Positions 29,391-44,208 are shown, counted from the stretch's first letter. The stretch is 64,000 nt of DNA from Eledone cirrhosa (GCA_964016885.1 OZ024741.1:345836001-345900000); one strand, 5' to 3'. Notes: generated by a model from the sequence alone, not told the origin. Numbers and translations: made by a program.

Positions 29391-30045
29391 TACACACATA
29401 TATATACATATATGTTGCATAGAATACGAATGTGTTGCTGGTTTATCTTTTTCATCAGATTCTTCTTTTCCTACTATCGCACTAAAATTCAACAAACAGA
29501 ATAATACAAACAAAAGCTTATAGCCACATAATGACGTAAACATTCTGTACGTCAACATTCAGATAGAACATGACAGATATATCATGTTCGTTTTACCAAT
29601 GGCATAAAGAAATTCATGTTTTTACATTGAGTCATTGAATGTCAATAGAGTTACAAAATATCAGTGGTGAAATCACTATCAAGAAATCCATTTAGCTACT
29701 CCTCCGACAGCAAACCAAGGACTAATAAAATATACAAATAAGAAACAAATACTAATCAATACGGTGTCTTCTAACAAACTAATAGATCAGGTTATAGAAT
29801 AAATAATAGAGACAAATATAAAACAAATATACAACTATTAAAAGTACATAAACCGTCACATGAAGTGTATTTTGTGACTCTATGTTCTAAATGTAGAATG
29901 GAACAAGAACACACACACACAATATATCCTGAGCCAACTTATGCAGCTTCATATGCAAATGAGATTAATAACCTCATTTACAGAGACGAGAAAACTATAT
30001 ATTCTCGACAGTTCTCAAGTAAAGCAGTTGCAAGCGGTGGGAGGG

Positions 30046-30089
30046 ACCGTTCTGATGAAGGCCAGTCAAGCCTGAAATGCATAGACGGT
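30046..30089 (+). ncRNA. Canonical minimal type I hammerhead ribozyme
   Basis: ACCGTT-CTGATGA-AGGC(cagtcaa)GCCT-GAAA-TGCA-TA-GACGGT: all core positions present, palindromic TGCA loop III. Confidence 0.8.
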
Positions 30090-30252
30090 TGTACCCCTTG
30101 CTTCTGCTGGCGTTAGCCCCGATGTTTGCATAGCTACAGCTTCCTAAATGTTTCCTGTAAACATAACCGTGTTTCTGTAGAATACGAAATTTCTATACAT
30201 ATTTGTATAAAGCTATGCTTGAAGCGAAATCCTATTTCCATTCTCTCTCTCT

Positions 30253-30307
<55 letters not shown>

Positions 30308-30308
<1 letters not shown>

Positions 30309-30588
30309 ATAGTAGAAAACTGGAAGGTTATATCCGTAGTAGTAGAACACTCAGTCCATGGCATGAGTTTGGTAGAAGTAGTTCCACAACAATTAGTTCA
30401 CCATACCGAGAACAAATGTTTCGCCTTATGCGGATCTTCAGCTCGGTCTGAGTGAAGTTGTACGGAAAAGGAATGCGAATTCGTACGTTTTCTTTTTCCT
30501 TTTCCGTACACTTTCATTCAGACCGAGCTGAGTATCCGTATACGTCGAAACATTTCTCGGTATGGCTAAATAACTGTTGTGGAACTAG

Positions 30589-30590
<2 letters not shown>
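30308..30590 (-). mobile_element. Mini PLE foldback with hammerhead at 30405-30447 (-)
   Basis: Arms ~30379-30473 and 30497-30588, with left tail. ACCGAG-CTGAAGA-...GGC-GAAA-C(ATTT)G-TT-CTCGGT. A 30-bp short-arm remnant lies at 30657-30688. Confidence 0.75.
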
Positions 30591-30659
<69 letters not shown>

Positions 30660-30690
30660 ACTTGTTTCACAACAGTTATTTAGCCATATA

Positions 30691-30740
<50 letters not shown>

Positions 30741-30743
30741 TAT

Positions 30744-30892
30744 GAACGTGCCAGGACCCCGACGGCCGATCACTTGCCGTTTCAACAGCTAGTTACAAAC
30801 AAGTTTCGAACTAGCTGTTGAAACGGCAAGAGCTCAGCCGTCGGGGCCCCGATCCTTCGTATTACCACGGTCTATTATCCTAAGTATCGAGT
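30744..30892 (+). mobile_element. Family S relative, mini foldback
   Basis: CCCCGACGGC...TTGCCGTTTCAACAGCTAGTT paired with AACTAGCTGTTGAAACGGCAAG...GCCGTCGGGG, then a partial tail. Confidence 0.75.
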
Positions 30893-30910
30893 ATATATAT
30901 ATATATATAG

Positions 30911-30994
<84 letters not shown>

Positions 30995-31330
30995 AGGAAA
31001 CCACCAGTGTATGGAATCTATACTCTATGGAAGGCAGAGTAGACACACAATAATTAAAATGTATATACGCACCTCTATAACTATATAACATACGCGTACA
31101 AATCCAAAGAGATCTGTTTCGCCAGGATATTGTTGACTGAAATGGAATCGCCTATGAGTCATCCGCGCATGTAAGACAAGACACTGTTTTATTGATGGCA
31201 CACGATCTCTCTCTCTCTCGTGTGTTACCCTTTCAAAATATTGTATTTTAAAAAGCTCTGGGCTCCTTTTCCTTTGAGCCCATAATTTACATGGAATAAC
31301 GAGAGTCTATGGTTCCGTTAACTGATCGTG

Positions 31331-31390
<60 letters not shown>

Positions 31391-32778
31391 CGAATAAGGA
31401 AAAGCGAAGTAGTTTCAGATGTTCAAGTCTTTTAATAATAATGGTGTGATATATATTTCAATGGCGAGAGTGGCCACACTATTCTGTGTGCCAGTGTCGC
31501 GACATCGTCAGACAGCTTGTTACATAATAAGGTTATGTTTCCGAGGCAATCCAAATTGAATCGACATGGGAACGGACGAAGTGTGTGCTTTTGGGTTCTT
31601 CATCCGTTCCCCTGTGAGTACCAATTCACCCCCACCGGTCTGCGCAGGCGCAGGTCCGGAGGAAGTTGACCATTAGCTTCCGCAGATTTCAACGAAATTC
31701 GCTTAGTCAGTTCCCCCTTTAGCCAAACAATGACTCATTCAGGCCTGTACCATAGTTTACTGCTACCCATCCCGTCTGTGGCAGTCAGCCGAAAGCCAGA
31801 GGGGATGGGAGAGTGTTAGTATTTACAGGTCTCAATACTACCTCTCACCAAGCATGGACAGTACGACTGACCATCAACCCCTACAGGAAAATATACTTAA
31901 TTCTAGGTATCATGGTTTTACATTGGAAGTTATGAGTGAGAGTTGGAAATAAAAATTTTAATTTAAAATCGAAAATCCTAAATCAAATATCAGAAATTAT
32001 AAATTAAAAATAAAAAAAAAAATTTTTAATTTCTAATTGTAAATTTTTAATTTTTTAATTTTTAATTTATAATTTCTGATATTTGATTTAGGATTTTCGA
32101 TTTTAAATTAAAATTTTTATTTCCAACTCTCACTCATAACTTCCAATGTAAAACCATGATGCCTAGAATTAAGTATATTTTCTCTTAGGGGTTGATGGTC
32201 AGTCGTACTGTCCATGCTTGGTGAGAGGTAGTATTGGGACCTGTAAATACTAACACTCTCCCATCCCCTCTGGCTTTCGGCTGACTGCCACAGACGGGAT
32301 GGGTAGCAGTAAACTATGGTAGAGGCCTGAATGAGTCATTGTTTGGCTGAGAGGGGGAACTAACTAAGCGAATTTCGTTGAAATCTGCGGTAGCTAATGG
32401 TCAACTTCCTCCGGACCTGCGCCTGCGCAGACAGGTGTGTGTGTGTGTGCGGGGGGGGGGGGGGTGATTGGTACTCAAAGGGGAACAGTTGAAGAACCCA
32501 AAAGCACACACTTCGTCCGTTCCCATGTCGATTCAATTTGGATTACCTCGGAAACATAACCTTATTATGTAACAAGCTGTCTGACGATGTCGCGACACTG
32601 GCACACAGAACAGTGTGGACACTGTCGCCATTGAAATATATATCACAGCATTATTATTAAAAGACTTGAACATCTGAAACTACTTCGCTTTTCCTTATTC
32701 GATATTTACTCCGTCACTCCTATGTGGAATAAGTACGTTGAGTGCTTGAATTGAATTGCATCAATATTTACCCTAAGT
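31391..32778 (+). mobile_element. PLE-like foldback, ~640-bp arms plus tail, hammerhead at 32576-32649
   Basis: 31391-32030 is an inverted copy of 32050-32701. GCTGT-CTGACGA-[stem II]-GAAA-T(ATAT)A-TC-ACAGC. No ORF. Confidence 0.85.
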
Positions 32779-32947
32779 ATATATATATATATATAATTTG
32801 ACTATTACTTTTATTAAGTGACTTTTACAGGAGTAGAGCTGTTTGAATCGTATTAATGAAACATATAATGAAGATGCCTACATTCTACCGATGAATTGTG
32901 TATCTATATTATTTGTGGTTACCCTCCGACACAACCCGCGAATCTAC

Positions 32948-33017
<70 letters not shown>

Positions 33018-33206
33018 CAAGAAAAACCACAAACCCTCCATCTCAACTCTTGAAAAGCAGAAGAACTGTGAACCGGTAAAGGAAACAAATAAATATTCTT
33101 AAAAAGTCTCCAGTTGCATCTTCGATTTCATCTTTTTTCCTGATACTTTCACTCGTGTAGGACATCTCGTTTTTATTTTTATTTTGAAAATACCCTCATT
33201 TTCTTA

Positions 33207-33254
<48 letters not shown>

Positions 33255-33442
33255 ATGCGGCCAGACTCTCGGTCGCTATATTTGATTTGCAAAGCTGTCT
33301 AAACGTATTGTTATAACTCTGGGGTAATATTCTCCATCGAGTGCTAAGCTGCATTCCGAATCTGCATTCGTTAGCTTGACCGCAGCCAAAAGCTTCGTTG
33401 ATGCTGTACTAAAATTTGTATATATATATATATATATATATA

Positions 33443-36280
33443 CGATATTGACAAATGGAAACTATATTTGTAAAACCATATTTATTTCATTATACATATT
33501 TCAAGGACACTAAGTTAAATTATGGTGTGCTTTCATCAGATAAAATATAATATAGAGCAGTTTTATAAATAAATATTGACATACACTTAAATAATTCAAC
33601 CATTACTGTTGGAAGCTACCGGATAGTGGAGTTAAATTTATACTTATAGTATTAGGTAAGTTAGTATTGGATATTTTAAAATAAGCCGTTGGGTTACGGA
33701 GAAAGAGAAAGAGAGAGAGAGCAGAATAACAGAGAGAAAAAAGAGAGAAAGAGAGCATAACAACAGAGAGAGAAAAGAAATAGAAATAGAAAAAAAGAAA
33801 AAGAGAGAGAGAGAGAGAGAGTGAAAACTCCAAGTCATATCTTGTTGATTTATCTTAACATTTGAGATGAAATGAATAAATAAAATTAGAAATGTTAATA
33901 ATCATGAATGGAATATACATATATAATATGAGAAATTTAACCATTGTTTAAATATGATTAAATGTTTAGTTAATCAGTTATAATAGTGAGATCAATACTT
34001 TAAAAATTGAGATCTATATATTAAGAAATCTATATATTATTATTAAGACTATATATTATAAGAAGAATATAACACATATACATACGCAAAAATATAAATA
34101 TATATACACACGTATAAAAATATATATATATATCTAACTACGTATATAATATATACATACAAAATATAAATGATTTTTTAATTTAAGATATAGGAAAACT
34201 TATAAAATCAGAGAAAGTCTTTTCAATGTAATATCAAAGCAGCGTGAAGGAAAATTACGTTACTTAGTTATATAGATGTTACAATTGTTAAGATATTAAA
34301 GGAAATTTTTTTGTTATACACACTTTATGTTATTATAAAAAATTTTATATAAGTTTTATAAGATTAATCTGTTATTTAGTTATGACTGTTATTATTTGTT
34401 TATTTGTCACGAAACTTGGGATTAATCTCTATAAATAAGTGCAATCGAATTGTATGCGTATATATATATATACATACACAATTCACACATATACATATAT
34501 ATATATACACATGTACCCATACGAATATGTAGATATGCATCACATACGCATATACATACAAATAGACATACACGCATAAAACATATGTATATGTATATCA
34601 ATACACACACATACATAACATACGCACATATATAGAGAGAATAATATATAAATATAGTACATAGTATAATTGAAGTACATAAAATACAAAATAATTATAT
34701 TACGATTTGGAAATATAATTATAAGCAATATAACTTTAAAACAATATAATAATTTTAAAAATATTATAGAATATTTCAAGTTATAATTTTAAAATAATGA
34801 TATGTTTAATAAATTTAGTATACAAATTTTCTACGTATATTTAACTTAATTTACTTTTATATCCATAAGAGAAAGAAAAAGAAAAAGAAACTTTCAAAAG
34901 ATAAACTTTCGAAAATAGGAGAAACTATCAAAAATTATTTCCCCCTTTTAAGAGCTTTCAGTATATTTCTCTAGAAGAATTTATTATGTTTATTTATATT
35001 TAGGAAGAAAATTTTTTTTTACTTGAGTGTATAATCAGTAAAAAAAATGAAGGAATCTAATGATTTATCGATAGGTTCAATATATTAATAAAATTAATTA
35101 ATTATATATTACGTTTTAAATTTATATTTAAACGTTGAGTTCAATCTATGTCTACAGCAACTGGATAAATTGTTCCTTAGGTTCAGGGAATTTTTGGTCT
35201 TTAATATAAAGAATATTTCCTCTATACAAAGATCACAATTTTCTGAAGAGGAGTTAAAAGGAGTAGCTTGTGAAATAATATTCCAAATCAACGAATATTT
35301 AACATTCTTTAGTTTGAGGTCCCATAATAAGCTAGATAGAGAAGTTGAAGATTTTTGTTTGGATCCGTAAAATAATTTTTATGATTATTGAAGCGGGATT
35401 TAAACTCTGTGGAAGTGGATCCCACATAAGTAAATGAATTTAAATTAGTTTTTACATTACAATTATATACTATATTTTTAGCTAAGCAATTGTTATTTAA
35501 CGGACAGTTAGATTTAATTCTACAGTTACATTTATTAAATTGGATATTGCTTGGGTTATTAGTGGTATTTTGGTTAGGTTTTAAATTTCTATTATTAATT
35601 CTATTAATATTTTGCGCTAAGTTTTTGGTGGAAGAATAAATTAATTTTATAGTATGTCTATTAAAAATTGAATAATATCTATGTGTTCTAGGGAAGCATT
35701 TGTCAAGAGCTTTAAAAAATAGTTTAGCAATAGGGGTTTTAATATTTAATGAGAAAGGAGGAGCGAACCATAATATGTTCCTAGTTCTATTTCTTTTTTT
35801 GTTTTCGGAATTATTGTAAGGTTTTCTATTATAGTTGTTAAAATTGTTAAAATAGTTAAAATTGTTACGATTATGGTTAGTTGTTATATTATTATTATCA
35901 ATGTATTTAATTTTATTTCTATACCCAGCTCTACCTAACGCTTCGTTGTAATAATGTGCTTTTTCATCAAATATATTCTTATTAGCTGAAATTCTCGAGA
36001 TTCGTTCCTGTACAGAGTTCACTATAGTATTTTTAACGGATCTGGGGTGATTAGAGTTAAAATTGACGTAGTTTAAGTTCTCATTTAGTTTATGAAATGG
36101 ATAATGAAGACATGTTTTAAGGTTTAGTGTTACATCTAGAAAGTTAACTATTTTATGGTTATTCTCTATTTCTACTTTTAGATTAAGGTAATTAAAAAAT
36201 TGTATAATTTGTTTTCTTTTTCTATTTAGTTCACAGTTATTATTTTCTATAAGTAAAAGCATGTCGTCACGATATAAACC

Positions 36281-36283
<3 letters not shown>
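33443..36283 (-). mobile_element. Naiad-like PLE, 5'-truncated, hammerhead at 33483-33547 (-)
   Basis: ORF remnant followed by a long AT-rich 3' region ending in a hammerhead-bearing pLTR. (TA)n on both sides. Confidence 0.88.
35109..36283 (-). pseudogene. PLE RT C-terminus and GIY-YIG endonuclease (Naiad-like)
   Basis: GLYRDD, VNFLDVT, SNHP, WFAPPFS, CNCR...CPL...CLAKNIVY...YVGST...FKSRFNNH, frameshift, then CDLC...LNLRN...CRHR. Confidence 0.9.
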
Positions 36284-36312
<29 letters not shown>

Positions 36313-36315
<3 letters not shown>

Positions 36316-36500
36316 GGGAATGTGGTAAGGAATCAGATGGACTATAACGCACCAGAATACTCAATACTTAGGGTAGTAGAGTGGGTAATAGGAAAACGTT
36401 TAACCCCGACGGTAGAGCTCAAGCCGTTTCGACGGCTATTTCTGAACAGAAATAGCCGTCGAAACGGCTTGAGCTCTGCCGTCGGGGTTAAACCTTTTCC
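36313..36500 (-). mobile_element. Family S mini foldback
   Basis: Tail 36313-36390, arms 36391-36443 and 36448-36500. Confidence 0.82.
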
Positions 36501-37696
36501 GATATATATATATATATATATACATTCATCCGTATGTGGTTGTCGGCTGAGAGAAAAGAGTACTCGACACCGATGTAGAGTTTAAATATTCATTTTATTG
36601 TGGTGATCCAGTGATAAACAGCCAAAAATCCAGAGTAACAAGATTCAATATTTAGCCTTAATAAAAAAATAAAAAAAAAATATATATATATATATAAGGG
36701 TGTTGGACTTATGATCACAATCTCGTGGATTCGATTCCTGGGTTGTGTGTTGTGTTCTTGAGCAAAACAATCATTTTATGTTGCTCCATTATACTCACCT
36801 GAAAATGACTAATAGCCGGGAATTTAACCTTGCGACAGACTGGCGTCCTGTCCAGGGGGAGTGTTGTACTCTCATTTGGCACCTGCCAAATGAGCCTTCT
36901 GGCTTAAGACAGACATAATATCCACGAGGTTCTTAAACGTAGATAACAACATAAGATTCCGGCTTAGAATAGCAGAAGAACACGATATATACACTAACTT
37001 CTATTGGGAATACACTAGCAGAGACCTGTTTGTACATTATAGGTCAGCCAATCCCCTTGGTGCTAAATCCATATACATGAGAAATAAACTTAGGCGTAAC
37101 AGAAATAAATGCAGCAGGACTGAGGACCAGATCACTCATACTGCACACTCCATAGTCCAAAAGCAAATCAAGGCCGATCCAACATGGTATCAACAGCGTT
37201 GTGAAATAAAATGAATTGAACAGATTTGAAATCACAACCGAACGATTGTGAGACCAGCTCCATTGCCACTGAGGCATAATCCTTTTCTTTCGCAAAGAAA
37301 AAAAAAAACACACATACCCCCCACCCACACAAATGGGAGCAAGGGTACCTTCATGAATAGAGAGAGAGAAAGAGATGGTGGTTGTGAGAAAGTAGATTAA
37401 AAGAGAGGCATATATATATATCGACAGTCGATCGACTTTCGTTAAATCGGATCGAGGAAACAATGTTCCCATTGGTCTTTCCAATTGCTAATACTATCTA
37501 TCGGTCGCAACTCCAGGTAGAAGAAACAACGTGAAATAAAGTGTCTTGCTCAAGGACATAACTCATCGCCTGACCCAGGAATCGAACTCACAACCTCACA
37601 ATTGTGAATCCAGTTCGCTAACCACTCGGCCATATATAAATATATATATATATCTAGAGAGAGAGAGAGAGAAGGAGACAGAGAAGGAAAATGGAA

Positions 37697-37783
<87 letters not shown>

Positions 37784-37861
37784 GCAGAGAGAGAGGAAGA
37801 GAGATAGATATAGAGATAGATAGATAGATAGAGAGATAGATAGAGATAGAGATAGAGATAG

Positions 37862-37892
<31 letters not shown>

Positions 37893-38037
37893 AAGTGAGA
37901 GCTGGTGGCGTTGTTGAAAGAAATTATAGCAGGTGACTTCAAAGAATCGAATATAGCATTACTGTATCTAACTCGAATTTGGTGACTGAATATTAAGTCA
38001 TATGTATCATCTAACAAGATTATATATATATATATAT

Positions 38038-38139
38038 ATAGGAAAAGGTATACCTTTTCCTATTTCCCACTCTACTATCCTAAGTATTGAGTACTCTGGT
38101 GCGTTATGGTCCATCTGGTTCCTTACCACAATTCCTTTG

Positions 38140-38141
<2 letters not shown>
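38038..38141 (+). mobile_element. Family S minimal remnant: 13-bp hairpin arms plus tail
   Basis: ATAGGAAAAGGTA|TACCTTTTCCTAT followed by the same tail as 172-250. Confidence 0.8.
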
Positions 38142-38173
<32 letters not shown>

Positions 38174-38179
38174 ACACAC

Positions 38180-38528
38180 ACATATAAATGGAGTCACTCA
38201 GTCGGTTACGACGGCAAGTGTTTCAGATAGAACAGCCTACTCGTGAGATTAATGTGCATGTGGCTGAGCATTCCTCAGACACGCTTACCCTTTACATAGT
38301 TCTCAGGGAGATTCAGTGTCACACAGTGTGTGATACAGCTGGTCCTTCAAATTAAGGTACAATTCATTTTTGCCGGCTGAATGGACTGGAGCAACGTGAA
38401 ATAAAGTGTCTTGGTCAAGGACACGACGCACCGGCGGGAATCGAATTTATTACCTTACGATTGTGAGTTGAATACCCTAACCACGGACTTTCACACTCAT
38501 AAATACATATATGTATATTATGTATATG

Positions 38529-38612
<84 letters not shown>

Positions 38613-39845
38613 TATAAAGACACATTCATATAGACAGAAACCTTACTGTGAAAGCCAATATTAAAACATTTTTCTTCACTCTTACAATTATTTTGTCACT
38701 CTCTCTCAAAATATTACCCTTCTCTCACTAAAACATTATGCGTTTCTCACCCTCTCTATATACCACTACATGCACCTGTCTCTCTCGCCAGACCAAGATT
38801 CGCCCTCTCTCACTAAACCATGAAACTCTCTCCCCCTCTCTCTATTCCACCACATACCTCACACTCTCTCACAATTCCCACTTTCTCACAAGACCACCAA
38901 ATTATCCCCGCTCTATATTAAACTACATAACCCACTCTCTTTCACACTCTTAATCCCCTTCTCTCACTAAAACAACAAACACTCTCCCGGTCCCTATATT
39001 CCACTACATACCTTACTCTCTTTCACTCTCTTCATTCCCCCTCTCTTACTAGAGCACCAAATTCTTACAATTGCCCGCCTTTCACTCACATATATACATC
39101 CAGACCCCCCCCACACACAGACACACACACATATATATAAACACACAACATACACACACATATTTATATATATATATAAACCCACATATAATAATGGAGT
39201 AACTCCGTCGGTCACGACGACGAGTTTTCCAGATGAAACTATAAACGGAACAGCCTACTCGTGAAATTAACATGCAAGTGGCTGACCATTCCACTTTATA
39301 TAATTCTTAGGGAGATTCTGTATGAGACAGTGTGTGACATGGCTGGTCCTTTTAATTACAGGTACAACTCATATTTGCCAGCTGAGTGGAGTGGAACAAG
39401 GTGAAATAAAGGTGAAATATTGAAACATTTTTCTTCACTTTTACAATTATTTTGTCACTCTCTCTTAAAATATTACCCCCCTCGCACTAAATAATTATAC
39501 GTTTCACATCCCCTCTTTATACCACTACATGCCTCACTCTCTGTCACCAGACCAACATTCTCCCTCTCTCAGTAGACCACCAAATTCTCTTTCCCTCTCT
39601 ATATTCCATTACATACCTCACTCTCTCTCACTCTCTTAATTCTCCCTCTCTCACTAAACCAACAATTGCTCTCGCGCTCTCTATATTCCACTACATAGTT
39701 CACACCCTCACAAATCGCCCTCTCTCACTAACCCAACACATTCTCTCCCACTCTCTATATCCCACTACATACCTTACTCGCTTTCACAATCCCCCCTCTC
39801 TCATTAGACGACCAAATTCTCTCTCCCTCTTTATATCCCACTACA
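38180..39845. repeat. Old ~1-kb tandem duplication containing a SINE and a CT-rich minisatellite
   Basis: 38180-38410 resembles 39183-39410, and 38658-39080 resembles 39417-39845. Subrepeats CTCTCTCACTAAACC...ATTCCACTACATACC. Confidence 0.7.
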
Positions 39846-40081
39846 ATATTTTTTAAATTTGAAACAACAAATGTTCTCCATCTCCTCCCCCAACTTTTGG
39901 AAGCCTGGGGTGTCGGGGAGTTCTTTCTTTTGTTTTTTGGTGGAGTGCTTTTGTTGAATTATTTGACAGGAGTTTAGCATATGTTGTGGTGGTAGTAGTG
40001 GTGGGTATTTGTTGGTGGTGGTAGTGTGGTGTTGTTGGTGGTGTTTGTTTATTTTGAATCTATCTATCTATTTATCTATCA

Positions 40082-40115
<34 letters not shown>

Positions 40116-40835
40116 ATACTACGAAAACTCTGTGGGTGTACGCATGTCTGTAATGTAATACAGCCAAAACCCTCTCTCTATATTTATTACTAGACTACCC
40201 GTTGGTCATGGGTAGTCAAGTAATATATATATAGAGAGAGGGTTATAATATATAGGAAGAGAAAGGGTTATAATATTTATACAGAGAGAGTTAACATATT
40301 ATTTGTAATGTTCGAATATTATTATAGTTATTTGCGAGATGAACTTTGCCTTTCATCCTTACGGGGTCGATAATATAAAGTACCAGTAATGCACTGGGAT
40401 AATTACTGGCCTTGTACCAAAAGTAGAAACAATTATTATAGTTATTTCCGTCGGGACGCACACTTTTCAAATTTCACATTCTCCTTATTTTTCTTAAGGT
40501 AAAGTCTATACATACATACATACAATGTGGCTTTCCGTCGGTATCAACGGAACAGCCTGCTCGTGAAATTAACGTGCAAGGGGCTGAGCATTCCACAAAC
40601 ACGTGTATCCATAACTTAGTTCTCAGGGAAATTCGGCGTGACACAGAATGTGACAAGGGTGCACCTTCGAACTTCGAATTACAGGTACAACTCATTTTTA
40701 GCAGCTGACTGAACTGGAGCAACGTGAAATAAAGTCTTGCTCAAGGACACAGCGCTACCGGGAATCGAACTCACGACCTTACAAATGTGAGCCGAATTCC
40801 ATAACCACGTGCCTTCATATACATACATAAATATT

Positions 40836-40868
<33 letters not shown>

Positions 40869-40934
40869 ATATTTATAAATATATATATATATGTATATAT
40901 ATATATGTATATGTATATATAAATAAACACACAC

Positions 40935-40969
<35 letters not shown>

Positions 40970-40980
40970 CATATATATAC

Positions 40981-41048
<68 letters not shown>

Positions 41049-41049
41049 T

Positions 41050-41108
<59 letters not shown>

Positions 41109-41109
41109 T

Positions 41110-41203
<94 letters not shown>

Positions 41204-41430
41204 AATTTATATTTATACATTCTAAATACATGTATATAAAAACATGAATACATTAATAACTTTTCGATTCTGTATATTTCTTTTCGGTACGTGACTTGCA
41301 CTTCCAGTTCTATTTTTTATACTTCTGTTTTGCTTTGATGTCAATGATAATATCTTTTAGACTTTTTCTTATTCGTGAGTGTTAGTCCTCAGTAAATATT
41401 GTTTGGTGTTATTACTTTTGTGTGTAAAAT

Positions 41431-41622
41431 GGCGGTGAATTGGCAGTATCGGTAGAGGGTCGGACGCCATGCTTTGCAAGCATAGAGTTACGGCGCTTGC
41501 CATTCTGAGTTCAAATCCCGTCGAGGTTAACTTTGCCTTTCATCCTTACGGGGGTCGATACAATAAAGTACCAGTAATGCACTGGAGTAATTGCTGGCCT
41601 TGTGCCAAAAAGTAAAAATAGT
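41431..41622 (+). mobile_element. SINE family A, full length
   Basis: GGCGGTGAATTGGCAGTATCGGTAGAG...GAGTTCAAATCCCG...GTACCAG. Confidence 0.88.
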
Positions 41623-41707
41623 TATTACTTTTGTGTGTGTTTGTTGGCTGTTGTTTTTTTCGTTGTTGCGTGGCTCTTAGTGTTGTTGATTGCGAGAAGA
41701 ATTATTG

Positions 41708-41740
<33 letters not shown>

Positions 41741-42211
41741 CGACGATGATGGTGATGATGATAATGATGACGATGAAGGTAAGAATGATGCTAATGGTGA
41801 TGATGCTCATGATGGAGATGATGCTGATAACGAGAACGAGGATGACGACGACGACAACGACCACGACGACCATGATGATGAAGGTGATGATGATGATGAT
41901 GGTGATGATGATAGTGATGACGATAATGATGACGCTGAGACTGATGATGGTGATGATGGTGATGATGATGATGACGATGATAGTGATGGCGATGATGATG
42001 ATGACGTTGAAGATGACGATGATGATGATGATGACGTTGACGTGGATGATGGTGATGATGATGATGACGTTGAAGATGATGATGATGATGATAACGACGA
42101 TGATGATGATGATGACGATAAAGATGATGATGATGATGATGATGATGACGTTGTTGATGGTGACGGCGCGGAGAATGATAATAGCGATGGTGTTTATGCT
42201 GATGATGATAG
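41708..42211. repeat. Degenerate (GAT)n microsatellite
   Basis: Seen directly in the sequence. Confidence 0.95.
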
Positions 42212-42263
42212 TTAGCTTAAGATGATAATTACAATGGGAGTATTTAGGATGATAACAATAACC

Positions 42264-42530
42264 TGATGATGATAGTGGTGGTGGTGGTGGTGGTAGTTGT
42301 GGTGGTGGTGGTGGTGGTGGTAGTTGTGGTGGTGGTGGTGCTGGTGCTGGTGGTGGTTGTGGTGGTGGTGGTGGTAGTGGTGGTGTTGGTGGTGGTGGTA
42401 GTAGTGGTGGTAGTGGTGGTGGTGGTGGTGGTGCTGGTAGTGGTGGTAGTGGTGGTAGTTGTGGTGGTGGTGGTGGTGGTGCTGGTGGTGGTTGTGGTGG
42501 TGGTGGTGGTAGTGGTGGTAGTGGTTGTGG

Positions 42531-42561
<31 letters not shown>

Positions 42562-44208
42562 GCTGGTAGTGGTGGTAGTGGTTGTGGTGTTGGTGGTGGT
42601 GGTAGTGGTTGTGGTGGTGGTAGTGGTGGTGGTAGTGGTGGTGGTGATGGTGGTGGTGATGGTGATGGTGATGATGGTGGTAGTGGTGATAGTGGTGGTG
42701 GTGATGGTGGTGATGGTGGTAGTGGTGGTGGTAGTGGTGGTAGTGGTAGTAGTGGTGGTAGTGGTGGTGGTGGTGGTGCTGGTAGTGGTGGTAGTGGTTG
42801 TGGTGGTGGTGGTGGTGGTAGTGGTGGTGGTGGTGGTGGTGGTGGTGTTGGTGGTGGTGGTGGTGGTGGTGGTGGTGATGGTGATGGTGATGATGGTGGT
42901 AGTGGTGATAGTGGTGGTGGTGATGGTGGTGATGGTGGTAGTGGTGGTGGTGGTAGTGGTAGTGGTAGTAGTGGTGGTAGTGGTGGTGGTGGTGGTGGTG
43001 CTGGTGGTGCTGGTAGTGGTGGTGGTGGTGGTGGTGGTGGTGTTGGTGGTGGTGGTAGTGGTGGTGGTGGTGGTGGTGCTGGTAGTGGTGGTGGTGGTAG
43101 CGGTGGTGGTAGTGGTGGTAGTGGCTGTGGTGGTGGTGGTGGTGATGGTAGTGGTGGTGGTGGTGGTGGTGGTGGTGTTGGTGGTGGTGGTAGTGGTGGT
43201 GGTGGTGGTGCTGCTGGTGTTGGTAGTGGTGGTGGTGGTGGTGGTGGTGGTGGTAGTGGTAGTGGTGGTGGTGGTGGTGGTGGTGGTAGTGGTGGTTCGT
43301 GGTGGTGGTGTTGGTAGTGGTGGTGGTGTTGTTGGTGGTGGCGGTAGTGGTGGTGGTGGTGGTGGTGGTGGTGTTGGTAGTGGTAGTGGTGGTGGTGGTG
43401 GCGGTAGTGGTGGTGGTGGTGGTGGTGGTGGTGGTGGTGTTGGTGGTGGTGATGGTGATGGTGATGATGGTGGTAGTGGTGATAGTGGTGGTGGTGATGG
43501 TGGTGATAGTGGTGATGGTTGTGGCGGTGGCGGTGGTGGTAGTGGTGGTGGTGTTATTGGGGTGGTGATAGTGGTGGTAGTGGTGGTGGTGGCGATAGCG
43601 GTGGTGGTAGTGGTGGTAGTGGTGGTGGTGGTGGTGGTGGTTAGTGGTGGTAGTGGTGGTGGGTGTGGTGGTGGTGGTAAAGGTGGTGGTAGCGGTGGTG
43701 GTGCTGGTGCTGGTAGTGGTGGTTATAGTGTTGGTGGTGGTGGTGGTGGTGGTGGTAGTGGTGGTGGTGGTGGTGGTGTTGGTGGTGGTGGTGATGGTGA
43801 TGATGGTGGTAGTGGTGATAGTGGTGGTGGTGATGGTGGTGGTGGTGATGGTGGTGATAGTGGTGATGGTGGTGGCGGTGGCGGTGGTGGTAGTGGTGGT
43901 GGTGTTATTGGGGTGGTGGTAGTGGTGGTTGTGGTGGTGGAGGTGGCGTTGGCGGTGGTGGTAGTGGTGGTGGTGGTGGTGGTGGTGGTAGTGGTGGTAG
44001 TGGTGGTGGTGGTGGTGGTTAGTGGTGGTAGTGGTGGTGGGTGTGGTGGTGGTGGTAGTGGTGGTGCTGGTGGTGGTGGTGCTGGTGCTGGTAGTGGTGG
44101 TTATAGTGTTGGTGGTGGTGGTGGTGGCGGTAGTGGTGCTAGTGGTGGTGGTGGTGTTGGTAGTGGTGGTTATAGTGGTGGTGCTGGTTAGTGGTGGTGG
44201 TGATAGTG
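42264..44208. repeat. 1.9-kb degenerate (GGT)n array
   Basis: Seen directly, with internal higher-order duplications. Confidence 0.95.

Noticed and set aside
35109-36283. Selenocysteine recoding, reported for some Naiad PLEs
   Set aside because: The Cys motifs visible here and at 14490 and 22975 are ordinary Cys codons. No in-frame TGA at those positions and no SECIS was identified.
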